Notes under the pieces: generated by a model | What the model was told of the DNA's origin: nothing | Databases searched by the model: none | Seen by the model: the letters and a program-made list of their open reading frames with translations, nothing else | Part shown: one piece after another, positions 9,749 through 18,652 of the stretch | Layout of the letters: each line of letters begins with the position of its first letter | How positions within the stretch are numbered: position 1 is the stretch's first letter | Source: Steroidobacteraceae bacterium | Lineage (GTDB): Bacteria; Pseudomonadota; Gammaproteobacteria; Steroidobacterales; Steroidobacteraceae | Length of the DNA stretch: 64,000 bases | NCBI GenBank assembly: GCA_035502995.1 | Contig: DATJTW010000023.1 | Coordinates: 53,445-117,444 of the forward strand | Reading direction: 5' to 3' | Program-made: the position numbers and the translations under genes

Positions 9749-10012
9749 ATGGCCAAGTGCGAAGTGTGCGGCAACGAGTACGACAAGGCGTTCACCATCA
9801 TCCAGGGCTCGGAGTCGCACGTGTTCGACAGTTTCGAATGCGCGATCCACGCGCTCGCGCCGGTGTGCGAGCACTGCCAGTGCCGGATCATCGGGCACGG
9901 CATGGAGGCGGAGGGGCGGTTCTACTGCTGCGCGAGCTGCGCCAGCCACGCGGGCAAGCCACAGATGCGCGACCGCGCCGAGTCGCGGCAGCCGCTGTCG
10001 GGCCCGGGCTGA
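9749..10012 (+). CDS. small Cys/His-rich metal-binding protein (two TRASH/YHS-like half-sites)
   Basis: Track ORF 9575..10012 trimmed to ATG 9749; 87 aa with 9 Cys and 5 His. Two repeats of CxxC ... (F/Y)xC: CEVCGNEY..FDSFECAIHA and CEHCQC..FYCCASCASHA. Confidence 0.6.
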   Translation: MAKCEVCGNEYDKAFTIIQGSESHVFDSFECAIHALAPVCEHCQCRIIGHGMEAEGRFYCCASCASHAGKPQMRDRAESRQPLSGPG

Positions 10013-10020
10013 GCGGCTGA

Positions 10021-11316
10021 CTAACTACCGGCCGGTGCCGGCCACTCGAGCGCCAGCCGCGCACCGCCGAGCTCGCGGCTCGCGCCCGCGATCACGCGGC
10101 CGCGATGCAGCGACGCGATGCGCGCCACTATCGCCAGCCCGAGGCCGAACCCGCCGGTCTCGCGATTGCGGCTGGTGTCGAGCCGCGTGAACGCGCGGAA
10201 GATCGCGGCGCGATCCGCTTCGGGAATTCCTTCGCCATCGTCCTCGACGACCAGCCGGAAGAGGTCGTAGTCGCGCGTCACTTCGATGCGCACGCGCTGC
10301 TTCGCATACCGCAGCGCGTTAACCAGCAGGTTGTTCAACGCGAGCTCCATCAGCCGCGGCTCCATCCACGCGGACTGCAGATCGTCGGCGCGGACCACGT
10401 CGACGCGGCGCTCGTGCGGCGGACAGGACGCGACCACCTGCTTCAGCCACGGCTCGAGCATCACGTCCTGCACGTCCATGCGCAGGCCGGGATGATCGAG
10501 CCGCGCGTAATCGAGCATGTCCGAGATCAGGTCGTCTATCTGCTGTACGTCCGTGTTCACGGCGCGCAGCTGCGCATGCAGGCTCTCGTCGACTTCGCCC
10601 TCGAGCACGGCGACGGCGAACCGCACGCGCGCCAGCGGCGTGCGCATCTCGTGCGACAGCGCGGCCGTCATCTCCTTCTGGCTCTGGATGAGCTGGCTGA
10701 CCTTGCCGGACATGTCGTCGAGGTTGGTGGCCAGCCCCTTGAGCTGCTTCGCGTGGCGCGCGGTGTCGAGCGGCTCGCGATAGTCGCTCGCGAACTTCTG
10801 CGACGCGTCGGTCAGCAGCCGCAGGTCGATCAGCAGCGGCCGCAGCCACAGGCCGACGATCAGCAGGATCGACGCGTAGAACAACACGGGCAGGAACCGC
10901 ACCCACACGCTCTCGTGCGGCGGGTCGAATGGGCCGAGCCGCAGCACCGCGTTCAGCGCCGGCGCGTTCCACAGATAGAAGACGTGGCCGGCGTCGTCGA
11001 GCAGCTCGCGCGGGCCGTTGTCCTGCGGCAGCGCGCCGGCGATGTCGCCCGTCTCCAGCAGCGCGAGATCCAGGCCGAGGCGGCTGCCGAGCTCGGTGGC
11101 GCGCGCGGCGCGTTCGTCGGCCGGGGCGGCGGCGAGCTCCGCTTCCATGAGATGCAGCGTGGAGACCAGCCACGGATCCGCAGCGCGCGACTGGCGCGAC
11201 TGCAGCGCGCCGAAGCCCAGGTCGAGCAGGATCGCGGCGACCAGCAATCCGCCGGCCAGCGCGATGTACGAGCGGATGAACAGCCCGCGTTCGCCCGCGG
11301 ACAACCACGTCCTCAC
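10021..11316 (-). CDS. two-component sensor histidine kinase (EnvZ/PhoQ-like architecture)
   Basis: 431-aa ORF with two N-terminal hydrophobic segments. H-box LSHEMRTPLA; ATPase boxes LLVNALRYA, EDDGEGIP, GGFGLGLAIV. GTG start lies 1 nt after the regulator stop. Confidence 0.9.
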   Translation of the reverse strand: MRTWLSAGERGLFIRSYIALAGGLLVAAILLDLGFGALQSRQSRAADPWLVSTLHLMEAELAAAPADERAARATELGSRLGLDLALLETGDIAGALPQDNGPRELLDDAGHVFYLWNAPALNAVLRLGPFDPPHESVWVRFLPVLFYASILLIVGLWLRPLLIDLRLLTDASQKFASDYREPLDTARHAKQLKGLATNLDDMSGKVSQLIQSQKEMTAALSHEMRTPLARVRFAVAVLEGEVDESLHAQLRAVNTDVQQIDDLISDMLDYARLDHPGLRMDVQDVMLEPWLKQVVASCPPHERRVDVVRADDLQSAWMEPRLMELALNNLLVNALRYAKQRVRIEVTRDYDLFRLVVEDDGEGIPEADRAAIFRAFTRLDTSRNRETGGFGLGLAIVARIASLHRGRVIAGASRELGGARLALEWPAPAGS

Positions 11317-11317
11317 G

Positions 11318-12028
11318 TCAGGCCCAGGCGTCCGGGACGAGTAGATAGCCCTTGCCCCACACCGTCTTGATGCGCGTCGGCGCCGCGGCGTCGTCGCCGA
11401 GCTTGCGGCGCAGCTTGGATACGCGGCCGTCGATCGAGCGGTCGAGGCCGTCGTAGTCGATGCCGCGCATCGTGCGGAACACCTCGTCGCGGCTGACCAG
11501 CTCGCCGGCGCGGTGCGCCAGCAGGCTGAGCAGCTCGAACTCCTGCGTGGTCAGCGTCACGGCCGTTTCGCCCAGCCACACCTCGCGCGACGTGTCGCTG
11601 ATGCGCAGCGTGCCGAGCAACACGTCCGGCTTTCGCTCGCTGCCCGTGGTCGAGTTTCGCTCGGCGCGGCGCAGCAGCGCGCGGACGCGCGCCAGCAGCA
11701 CCATCGGGTCCACGGGCTTCATCACGTAATCATCGGCGCCGGCCTCGAGGCCGATGACGTGATCGAGATCGGTGTCCTTCGCGGTCAGGATCAGGATGGG
11801 CACGTCGTGCACTCGGCGCAGCTCGCGGCAGATGGAGAGTCCGTCCTTGCCGGGCAGCAGCAGGTCGAGCAGCACGAGCCGCGGCTTCTCCTGCGTGAAA
11901 CGCTCGAGCGCGCGGTCGCCGCGCGCCTCGACTTTCACGCGCAGGCCGTTCTGCTCCAGGTAGGTAGCCGTCAGCTCGGCGAGGCGCGGATCGTCCTCGA
12001 TCAGCAGGATGTCGGTGGCGCTGCTCAC
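11318..12028 (-). CDS. OmpR-family response regulator
   Basis: Track ORF 11318..12325 trimmed to GTG 12028 (VSSATDILLIEDD), 236 aa. Receiver motifs IEDD, LLDLLLPGKDG, ILTAKD; winged-helix end TVWGKGYLL. The GTG overlaps the upstream stop (GTGA). Confidence 0.9.
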   Translation of the reverse strand: MSSATDILLIEDDPRLAELTATYLEQNGLRVKVEARGDRALERFTQEKPRLVLLDLLLPGKDGLSICRELRRVHDVPILILTAKDTDLDHVIGLEAGADDYVMKPVDPMVLLARVRALLRRAERNSTTGSERKPDVLLGTLRISDTSREVWLGETAVTLTTQEFELLSLLAHRAGELVSRDEVFRTMRGIDYDGLDRSIDGRVSKLRRKLGDDAAAPTRIKTVWGKGYLLVPDAWA

Positions 12029-12429
12029 AACACGTCCCACACGTGGCGCGCGCGCCGCTCGCGGCGCCGGTCGTCCGAGCCGACCTTGAGCACGGTCACC
12101 TTGACCTCGGCGAGATGGTCCGTGCCGCCCGGCCGGCCGAGCCAGTACGTGAACTCCTCGCTGACCTCGCGTTCCTGCAGCCACGCGCCGGACAGCGCGC
12201 TGGCCCAGCAATGCAGCGGATCGCCCTGCGTGCTGTCGTTGAGGCAGTACTCGTCGCTGCCGGCGCTCTTCCAGCGCACGTCGAAACTCATCATGCAGCT
12301 CGTCGCCGCCTTGTCGAGCACGCACAGCAGCGGCTTGACGACCAGCTTGACGGGCGCCGGCCCCGCGGCGGCCGCGGGCAGGGAGAACACGGCGCCGGCC
12401 GCGAACGTGGCTAACAACTTGCGAACCAT
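12025..12429 (-). CDS. secreted small protein, DUF3019-like
   Basis: Last 134 aa of track ORF 12025..13359, starting at ATG 12429. Signal peptide MVRKLLATFAAGAVFSLPAAAAG and conserved Cys. The family name is my recollection of the proteins that accompany MipA/OmpV and OmpR/HK genes. Confidence 0.6.
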   Translation of the reverse strand: MVRKLLATFAAGAVFSLPAAAAGPAPVKLVVKPLLCVLDKAATSCMMSFDVRWKSAGSDEYCLNDSTQGDPLHCWASALSGAWLQEREVSEEFTYWLGRPGGTDHLAEVKVTVLKVGSDDRRRERRARHVWDVL

Positions 12430-13349
12430 CAGAACGTCCAGGCGAATCCGCCGAAATAACCGAGCACGTAATCGTCCTTCACCAGCGGGCTGTCCGCCAC
12501 GCTCGACTGCAGCCGCTCGTAGTTGGCCGACAGCGCGAGGCGCAGATTCTTGGTCAGGTAGTAGCTGCTGCGCAAACCGGCCTGCCAGCCGAACCCGCCG
12601 TCGGCGTGGTACTCGGCGACGGTGAAGCTGGCCTCGTCGTCGTGCACGCCCCAGTAGTAGTCGTTCAGCTTGCGGCTCTTGTATTCGATGCCCAGCGACG
12701 GCGAGATCGAGAAGCGCCCGCGCGTGATGCGGTAGTCGTAGTCCGCGCCGATCTCGAAGCCGTCGTGCGTGCCGCTGACATCGCGGAACGCGTGCACCGT
12801 GGCCGAGCCCCATTCGCCGCCGAACAGGCTCTCGAAGCCGGCCTCGATCGCGTAGTCGCGCTCCGGCGGCTTGAACGGCAGCGTTTCCTCGACCGGCGGC
12901 ACGTCGCCACCGAGGGTGGGCGGCGGGGGGTTGCCCTGGTTGGTCAGCGAGGTCGTGTTGCCGGCGGAGAGATACCGGAAGTTGATGTAGCGCGTGTTGG
13001 TCTTCGCGAAGAACGCGCGGTCGGTGTTCACGCGCGCGACCGCGTTCAGCGTGAACGCCGGGCGGTCGAGCAGCTCGAAGCCGAGGTCGCCGTTGTCGAA
13101 GAACCAGCGTTCGCCGAACCAGGCGATGTCGAGGTCGACGAGGATCGGGATCTCGTCCGACTGGATCAGCGGGTTCGTGCGCTGGCCGTAACCGAGCGCG
13201 ACGCCGAGCCGCCAGTGTTTCTCGGCCACGGCGGCGGCCGGCGGCGTCGCGTTCACGGCCGCTTGTGCCGCCGCGTCGGGATCCGCATGCGCGAGCCCCG
13301 CGAGCGCCCAAAGGGCCGCGACTTTCAAGGAGTTGGTTGCGATCGACAC
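12429..13349 (-). CDS. MipA/OmpV-family outer-membrane protein
   Basis: Track ORF 12429..13526. Likely start is GTG 13349 (or TTG 13328), giving the signal end ...KVAALWALAGLAHA/DP. Beta-barrel pattern with C-terminal YFGGFAWTF. Stop overlaps the next start by 1 nt. Confidence 0.75.
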   Translation of the reverse strand: MSIATNSLKVAALWALAGLAHADPDAAAQAAVNATPPAAAVAEKHWRLGVALGYGQRTNPLIQSDEIPILVDLDIAWFGERWFFDNGDLGFELLDRPAFTLNAVARVNTDRAFFAKTNTRYINFRYLSAGNTTSLTNQGNPPPPTLGGDVPPVEETLPFKPPERDYAIEAGFESLFGGEWGSATVHAFRDVSGTHDGFEIGADYDYRITRGRFSISPSLGIEYKSRKLNDYYWGVHDDEASFTVAEYHADGGFGWQAGLRSSYYLTKNLRLALSANYERLQSSVADSPLVKDDYVLGYFGGFAWTF

Positions 13350-13607
13350 GATCCCGCAAGCATGGCCGAAGGGCCGTTCGTTACCTGTCGAAAAGTGTAG
13401 CCCCGGGACCGCACACAATTTGACGAATTCTCTCAACGTTGGCGACAGACCCGTCGCCGGGCGCCCGGTTAGGTTGGCGACACCGGGGCGCAAGCCCGAC
13501 TGGGTTCGCGGCCGAGATCGACCCATCCAGCCGCTTACCGCGCGGAGCGGGCCTCGTGCCCGCTCCGCCGTCCAAACGGCGGGCTCGGCGCGCGCCCGCC
13601 GTCACGT

Positions 13608-14147
13608 ATGCTTCGGCCCATGAACACCACGAAGCTCGCCGCGCTGGTCGCGGCCGTTCTTGCGTTCTCCGTCGTCTCCACCGCCGCCGAGAAGGCGCGC
13701 GAGCTGCCCTACGCGGCCGGCAATCCGAACGGCGGCGTGCCGCTGTGGAATCCCGGCGAGCAGTTCGTCGCCGTGTCCGGCGGTGCCTGTTCCGGCAGCT
13801 GTCCCGTCTACGACCTCTACCTCTTCAGCGACGGCAAGGTCATCTTCTCCGGCCGCAAGTTCACCAACAAGACGGGCGTGCTGACGAAGATGATCTCGCC
13901 CGAGACCTACGCGTCGCTGCTGACGCTGATCGTGAACACCGACGTGCTCGACAAGAAGCTCAAGCGCGGCAGTTGTTTGTCAGGCCGCTCGATGCTGATG
14001 GTGATGCGCTCGACGCCGGACGGTCAGCGCATGCGCGTGCGCGATCTCAACTCGGGCTGCGAAGGACACGCGGACCTGGCGCGCGACATCGAGACGCGCT
14101 TCATCGAAGACACCGAGATCCAGAACTGGCTGGTGCCGAAGAAGTAG
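13608..14147 (+). CDS. secreted hypothetical protein (DUF6438-like)
   Basis: 179-aa ORF (alternative ATG at 13620) with a signal peptide. The motif CSGSCPVYDLYLFSDGKVIFSG resembles DUF6438 (recollection only). Confidence 0.55.
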   Translation: MLRPMNTTKLAALVAAVLAFSVVSTAAEKARELPYAAGNPNGGVPLWNPGEQFVAVSGGACSGSCPVYDLYLFSDGKVIFSGRKFTNKTGVLTKMISPETYASLLTLIVNTDVLDKKLKRGSCLSGRSMLMVMRSTPDGQRMRVRDLNSGCEGHADLARDIETRFIEDTEIQNWLVPKK

Positions 14148-14151
14148 CCAC

Positions 14152-15261
14152 TCAACGGATCGTGAGTGCGATCTCCTCGGAGTGGAAGTTCGCCTCGCGG
14201 CTGGCGATGCGCAAAGTCCCGCTCGACCGGCGCAACGCCGCCGCCGGCACCACCATGTGCAACGACGCCGCGCGCGCGAACGACAACTCGCGCCAGTGTT
14301 CGTCGCCGTGCGGGCGATACAGCGCCACCGCGTTGATGCAGAACGCCGAGCGGTAACGCAGCCGCCACGACAGCAACGCGTCGTTCAGCGACGACCACTG
14401 CATCGACCGCGCCTCGCTGGCGATCTCGATCGGACCCTGCACGGCGTCGGCGACGTTCAGCGCGCGCACGCCCGGACACGCCGCCTCGATGCGCGGATGC
14501 GCGACCGCGCTCAGCAGCAGGTGCTCGCGCAGCTCGTGGTAACCCCAGCCGGGGTTCAGCGACTTGATCAACGCCGCGCAGCCGCTGACGTACGGCGCGC
14601 CGATCGCCGCGTGCGTGCGCGTGACGTGACCGGTGCCGCGCCAGTGCGGCACGCGCGCGAAGCCGGGCGCGGCGATGTCGGCGGCGCAGTCGGCGAGCGG
14701 CTGGAACTCCTCGTCGACGGACAGCACGGTGACCAGATTGGGCGGCGGACCTTCGTCATCGGAACGCACGGCGGCGCGCGGCCGCGCGGCGCAGACGACG
14801 AGTACGTTGCGCGTGGCCGCGTACTGCACGGCGCGGCGGACCGCGCTCGTGCCCATCTCCGCGTCGTGGCCGACGTTGACGATGTGCGCGCCCATCTCGA
14901 CGGCGTACTCGATGGCGTGCGCGAGATCGAACGCCTGCGCGCCGGGATCGGTGCGGTAGCGCACGGGCAGGATGCGTGCCTCGGGAGCGACGCCGGAGAA
15001 ATCCGCCGCGTCGCTGGCGCGGCCCGCGGCAACGCCCGCGGCATGCGTTCCCGCGATGTCGTGTTCGCCGGCGGCGTGTGGCGGATGCGCGGGATCGTGC
15101 TGGAGGTTGGCGCCGAGCAGCGGGTGATCGAGCTGCACGCCCTGGTCGACGATCGCAATGAGCACGGTCGCACTGCCGCGTGTTCTCTGCCACGCGCGTT
15201 CGACGCCCAACCAGTCGAAGGCGGTGCCGAAGCGGCCCGGATCGGCCGCAGCGTTGATCAT
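14152..15261 (-). CDS. subtilase (S8)-fold protein with degenerate catalytic site (pseudo-protease) plus C-terminal extension
   Basis: Track ORF 14152..15882 trimmed to ATG 15261 (369 aa). It aligns block by block with subtilisin: IAIVDQG (Asp32 kept), DIAGTHAAG (His64 position is Ala), LVVCAARP (Asn155 position is Pro), HAAIGAPYVSG (Ser221 position is Ala). No signal peptide. Confidence 0.7.
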   Translation of the reverse strand: MINAAADPGRFGTAFDWLGVERAWQRTRGSATVLIAIVDQGVQLDHPLLGANLQHDPAHPPHAAGEHDIAGTHAAGVAAGRASDAADFSGVAPEARILPVRYRTDPGAQAFDLAHAIEYAVEMGAHIVNVGHDAEMGTSAVRRAVQYAATRNVLVVCAARPRAAVRSDDEGPPPNLVTVLSVDEEFQPLADCAADIAAPGFARVPHWRGTGHVTRTHAAIGAPYVSGCAALIKSLNPGWGYHELREHLLLSAVAHPRIEAACPGVRALNVADAVQGPIEIASEARSMQWSSLNDALLSWRLRYRSAFCINAVALYRPHGDEHWRELSFARAASLHMVVPAAALRRSSGTLRIASREANFHSEEIALTIR

Positions 15262-15323
15262 GTGGTTCCCTTGACCCTGGACGCAGAGGCTTCTCTGCGA
15301 CGAGCGGGCGCCCCGTGACAGGG

Positions 15324-15956
15324 TCAGGGCTTCAGGACGGCGAAATCCAGCGGTTCTTCGTCGGCGGACTGCTTGCGCACGCGCAGCGTGTAGGCGCCGG
15401 CCGGCAGGTCTTCGGAATCGAGCATGAATTCCAGCGTGACCGGCGAGCTCGGATGCTGGCCGTACAGCGTGGTCAGCGTCTCGGCCGGCTGCTGCTGGTC
15501 GGTGACCCGGTCGAGCGTGATGCTGTAGTTCGCCGCGACGTCGAACAACCCGACGATCTCGACGCGCATCACGGCGGAGCCCAGGTGCGGCACGGATTCC
15601 GCGCCGCGCACCTGCGCCAGCCGCAGCGACGGGCCGTTGCGCTGCGCCTCGGTGGAGACCGCGGCCATCAGCGCGCGTCCCAGCTTCGCCGACTGGTGCC
15701 ACCACGCCCAGGAGAACGCGCCCAGGGCCAGCACGATGCTGGCGGCGGCCGCGAACTTCCAGCGCGACTGGCCGTGGGAACGCACGAACTCCGCGGTGGA
15801 ACCGCGCGCGACCTGCGCGAGACCCGCGCGCAGCCGCTGCTCGAACTCGACGTTCTTCGCGAATTCCGGATTCGCGACGCAATAGGCCTCGAACTCCTCG
15901 GCGTCTTTGCCGACGAGCTTGCCCGAGACATATTGTTCAATCTGTTCCTGGTTCAT
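15324..15956 (-). CDS. anti-sigma factor, single-pass membrane protein
   Basis: Track ORF 15324..16076 trimmed to ATG 15956, which overlaps the sigma-factor stop (ATGA). Cytoplasmic N-domain of about 50 aa, then a TM helix WKFAAAASIVLALGAFSWAWW and a periplasmic C-domain. Confidence 0.7.
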   Translation of the reverse strand: MNQEQIEQYVSGKLVGKDAEEFEAYCVANPEFAKNVEFEQRLRAGLAQVARGSTAEFVRSHGQSRWKFAAAASIVLALGAFSWAWWHQSAKLGRALMAAVSTEAQRNGPSLRLAQVRGAESVPHLGSAVMRVEIVGLFDVAANYSITLDRVTDQQQPAETLTTLYGQHPSSPVTLEFMLDSEDLPAGAYTLRVRKQSADEEPLDFAVLKP

Positions 15957-16543
15957 CGATCGCTCAGCAGATCGCGCTTCGAGAAGCCGCGCTCCTCGAG
16001 GATCTGGCGGAAACGGCGGCGCGCCCGGCTCAAGGCCTGGTTGAACGCCGCTTCGGAAAGGTCGAGCTCCTGACAAATCATTTCCTTGTCATGATCGTCT
16101 AGATAGAACCGTTTGAGCATCAGGCGATCCCGGGGTTGCGGCAGCTCGCGAAGCAGCGCACGAACCGCGAGCGCAGCCTCGACATCGGCAGCCCACGCAT
16201 CGACGCTGCCGGCCGGATCCGCGTTCCGGTCGGTGGCATCGGTATCGACATCGGTTCTCTGTCGCTCGGCCTTCCGCAGTGACGCGATCGCGAGATTTCT
16301 TGCGGTCTGCGCCGCGAACGCGGCTAGTTTGCCCGGGTCGTCGATGCCACCGTTGCGCAGGCGCTGGAGGACGACTAACAGGGTCTCCTGCACGAGATCC
16401 TGGAGCAGGCCGTGGTCGCCGCCGGTCCGTCGTCGCAGGATGACGCGGAGTCCGGGCTCGAACTGACGAATGAGCTCGCTTTCGGCGCTGACGTCGCCTT
16501 CACGAATCCGGCGCGACAACTCGCCGCCTGGGACGAAATCCAT
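15953..16543 (-). CDS. ECF-type RNA polymerase sigma-70 family factor
   Basis: 196-aa ORF. Region 2 (LVQETLLVVLQRL) and region 4 HTH (MICQELDLSEAAFNQALSRARRRF). Confidence 0.88.
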   Translation of the reverse strand: MDFVPGGELSRRIREGDVSAESELIRQFEPGLRVILRRRTGGDHGLLQDLVQETLLVVLQRLRNGGIDDPGKLAAFAAQTARNLAIASLRKAERQRTDVDTDATDRNADPAGSVDAWAADVEAALAVRALLRELPQPRDRLMLKRFYLDDHDKEMICQELDLSEAAFNQALSRARRRFRQILEERGFSKRDLLSDR

Positions 16544-16623
16544 AACCCCCTGACCCCGGAACCTTCTGCTTGTCTACGGGCGGGGATTCTGCCACGTCCA
16601 TGGTCGGGACGTTCCCGCCGACG

Positions 16624-17871
16624 TCACACCTCGGGCGGGTGGATGGGCAGGCGGACGGTGAATGTCGTGCCGACGCCACTCTCGGTCACGAAATCGAGGC
16701 TGCCGTGGTGTCCCTTCACGATCACGTTTCGCGCGATGGACAGGCCTTGGCCCGTGCCCTTGCCGACGTCCTTGGTCGTGAAGAAGGGGTCGAAGACGCG
16801 GCCGCGGATCGATTCGGGGATGCCGCCGCCCGTGTCCTCGATCTCGACCCGCACGTGGTCGCCGTCGAGCTTCGTGCGGACGACGATGCGGCCGCGGCAG
16901 CCGGTGCGCCCGACGACCTCGGTGATGGCGTCCGCCGCGTTGACGATCAGGTTCAGCACGACCTGGTTGATCTGGCCGCCGTGGCAGGTGACGTCCGGCA
17001 GCGGCGTGAATTCGGTTTCGACGTCGGCGACCGCGGCGTATTCGCTGCGCGCGATCACCAGCGTGCTGTTGATGGCGCGGTTGAGGTCGACGCGGCCCAT
17101 CTCGTTCTGGTCGGCGTGCGAGAAATCCTTCAGCGAGCGCACGATCTCGGCGATGCGGCCGAGGCCGTCGGCGACGCGCTTCAGCGCCGGCGGCAGCTCC
17201 TCGCGCAGGTACTCGACGTCGTCGTTCGCTTCCGTCTTGTGGGTGGCGTGTAGTTTGTCGACGTACTCGAGCAGTTCCTGAACGCCTTCGCCGATGAACT
17301 TCACGCTGTCCGAGAGGTACTGGATCGGCGTGTTGATCTCGTGCGCGACGCCGCCCGCGAGGCGGCCGATGGATTCGTGGCGCTCGGCATTCGCCATGCG
17401 TTCTTCGGCGGCCTTGCGTTCGGTGATGTCGTAGCCCGTGCCGACGATGCCGGTGAGATTGCCGTCGGCATCGCGCAGCGGGACCTTCGAGGTCAGGATG
17501 ACGCGGTTCATCCCGCGCGTCTTGTCGTACGCGACTTCCTCGAGGTCGTACAGCGCCTCACCCGACTGGATGAGCGCCTGTTCGTCGGCGAAGAACTTCT
17601 CCGCCATCTCGCGCGGGAAGAAATCGAAATCGGTCTTGCCGATCAGGTCGTCCGGGTTCACGCCCATGCGGTTCGCGACCAGCTTGTTGGCGGCGGTGAA
17701 GCGGCTGTGCGCGTCCTTCGCGTAGATGAAGGCCGGGATGAGGTCGATCATCGTCCGCAGCACGGTGCGCTCGTGGGCCAGCGCGGAGGCGAGGTTCCGA
17801 CGCTGGCTGCTGCCGGAGTCGGCATCCTGGTCCAGGTCGTCCGGGGGGAGGCGGTTTGGCTGCGTATTCAC
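16624..17871 (-). CDS. cytoplasmic PAS-domain sensor histidine kinase
   Basis: 415-aa ORF without a TM segment. PAS region (LIPAFIYAKDAHSRFTAANKLVANRMG); H-box GVAHEINTPIQY; ATPase boxes LNLIVNAADA, IEDTGGGIP, GKGTGQGLSIAR. Confidence 0.9.
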   Translation of the reverse strand: MNTQPNRLPPDDLDQDADSGSSQRRNLASALAHERTVLRTMIDLIPAFIYAKDAHSRFTAANKLVANRMGVNPDDLIGKTDFDFFPREMAEKFFADEQALIQSGEALYDLEEVAYDKTRGMNRVILTSKVPLRDADGNLTGIVGTGYDITERKAAEERMANAERHESIGRLAGGVAHEINTPIQYLSDSVKFIGEGVQELLEYVDKLHATHKTEANDDVEYLREELPPALKRVADGLGRIAEIVRSLKDFSHADQNEMGRVDLNRAINSTLVIARSEYAAVADVETEFTPLPDVTCHGGQINQVVLNLIVNAADAITEVVGRTGCRGRIVVRTKLDGDHVRVEIEDTGGGIPESIRGRVFDPFFTTKDVGKGTGQGLSIARNVIVKGHHGSLDFVTESGVGTTFTVRLPIHPPEV

Positions 17872-17959
17872 GACCCTCGGGTAACGGCTTAGGGACCGAA
17901 AACTGAACGGGGTCGCCGGGAAAGCGGTACCGCATCACATGTGCGGTCGCGGTGGATAA

Positions 17960-18652
17960 CTACTTCAATTGGGACAATTCGAGCTGGTCGAACGTGACGT
18001 CGAAACCGGAGCCCTCCGGCGCCGCGCACATGACGCCGACCTCGACGGGAACGCCGGGCGGGAAGTACGCCTGGCGCACGGTCGTGTACTTCTCGCCGTC
18101 CTTCGAGCACTGCGCCTCGAGGGAATCCTTCTTGCGCAGGATGCGCCAGTAGACGGCGCCGTTCTGCGAGAGGTCTTCCATCGTCGACCAGTCCGAGAAA
18201 TCGTGCGTGACGACGACGCTGGCCCAGCGCTGTCCCTCGAAATATTCGGAGCCGCACTTGAGCCAGTGTTTTTCGTCGAGGCGGACCATGAGGCCGGCCT
18301 GGTCGTAGAGCTGCGAGTAGTTGCCGTTCACACGCGCCTGGAACATGAACTCGGCGCCGGCGGGGGCGTGCAGGAAATGGCCGTTGTCGGTGATGTAGCC
18401 GTAGAAGGTCTTGCGCCAGAAATCCGTCTTGCCCTTCGAGCGGGCGGTGATCGAGCCGGAGTCGTAGAACTCCTTGGCGGGCGGGTTGAGCCAGGTCATG
18501 CGGCTCAGCAGGTCGCCGCCGGCGCTCGGCGTGGTGCGCGCCGCGTCGTTCGCAGGCGCGGCGGAGGTCGTGGCGGCCGTGGCGATCGTAGCGGCCGACG
18601 CGGCGAGCGCGGCGCCCATGCCGTGGCCGAGGAACTGGCGGCGGGTCTTCAT
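17960..18652 (-). CDS. Tat-exported DUF1349-family protein (concanavalin-like fold)
   Basis: Track ORF 17960..19216 trimmed to ATG 18652 (230 aa). Tat signal MKTRRQFLGHGMGAALAASAA. DUF1349-like motifs WLNPP, DFWRKTFYGY, DNGHFL. The ATG overlaps the upstream stop (ATGA). Confidence 0.75.
   Translation of the reverse strand: MKTRRQFLGHGMGAALAASAATIATAATTSAAPANDAARTTPSAGGDLLSRMTWLNPPAKEFYDSGSITARSKGKTDFWRKTFYGYITDNGHFLHAPAGAEFMFQARVNGNYSQLYDQAGLMVRLDEKHWLKCGSEYFEGQRWASVVVTHDFSDWSTMEDLSQNGAVYWRILRKKDSLEAQCSKDGEKYTTVRQAYFPPGVPVEVGVMCAAPEGSGFDVTFDQLELSQLK

Noticed and set aside
12025-13359. 444-aa ORF read as a single gene
   Set aside because: Its N-terminal two thirds overlap the MipA/OmpV gene in another frame and are Arg-rich. 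Only the last 134 aa, from ATG 12429 with a signal peptide, are credible.
14152-15261. Calling the S8-fold protein an active serine protease
   Set aside because: The His64, Asn155 and Ser221 equivalents are Ala, Pro and Ala in my alignment to subtilisin. It is reported as a pseudo-protease instead.
16591-16620. ECF-type promoter (GGGAAC ... CGT on the minus strand) upstream of the sigma factor gene
   Set aside because: The spacer between GGAAC and CGT is only 14 nt by my count, shorter than the usual 16-17 nt. It is a single weak match, so I did not call it.
17951-17959. DnaA-box-like GGTGGATAA (8/9 match to TGTGGATAA)
   Set aside because: It is a single imperfect box at the 3' end of a gene with no cluster or AT-rich unwinding element. 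It is not an origin.
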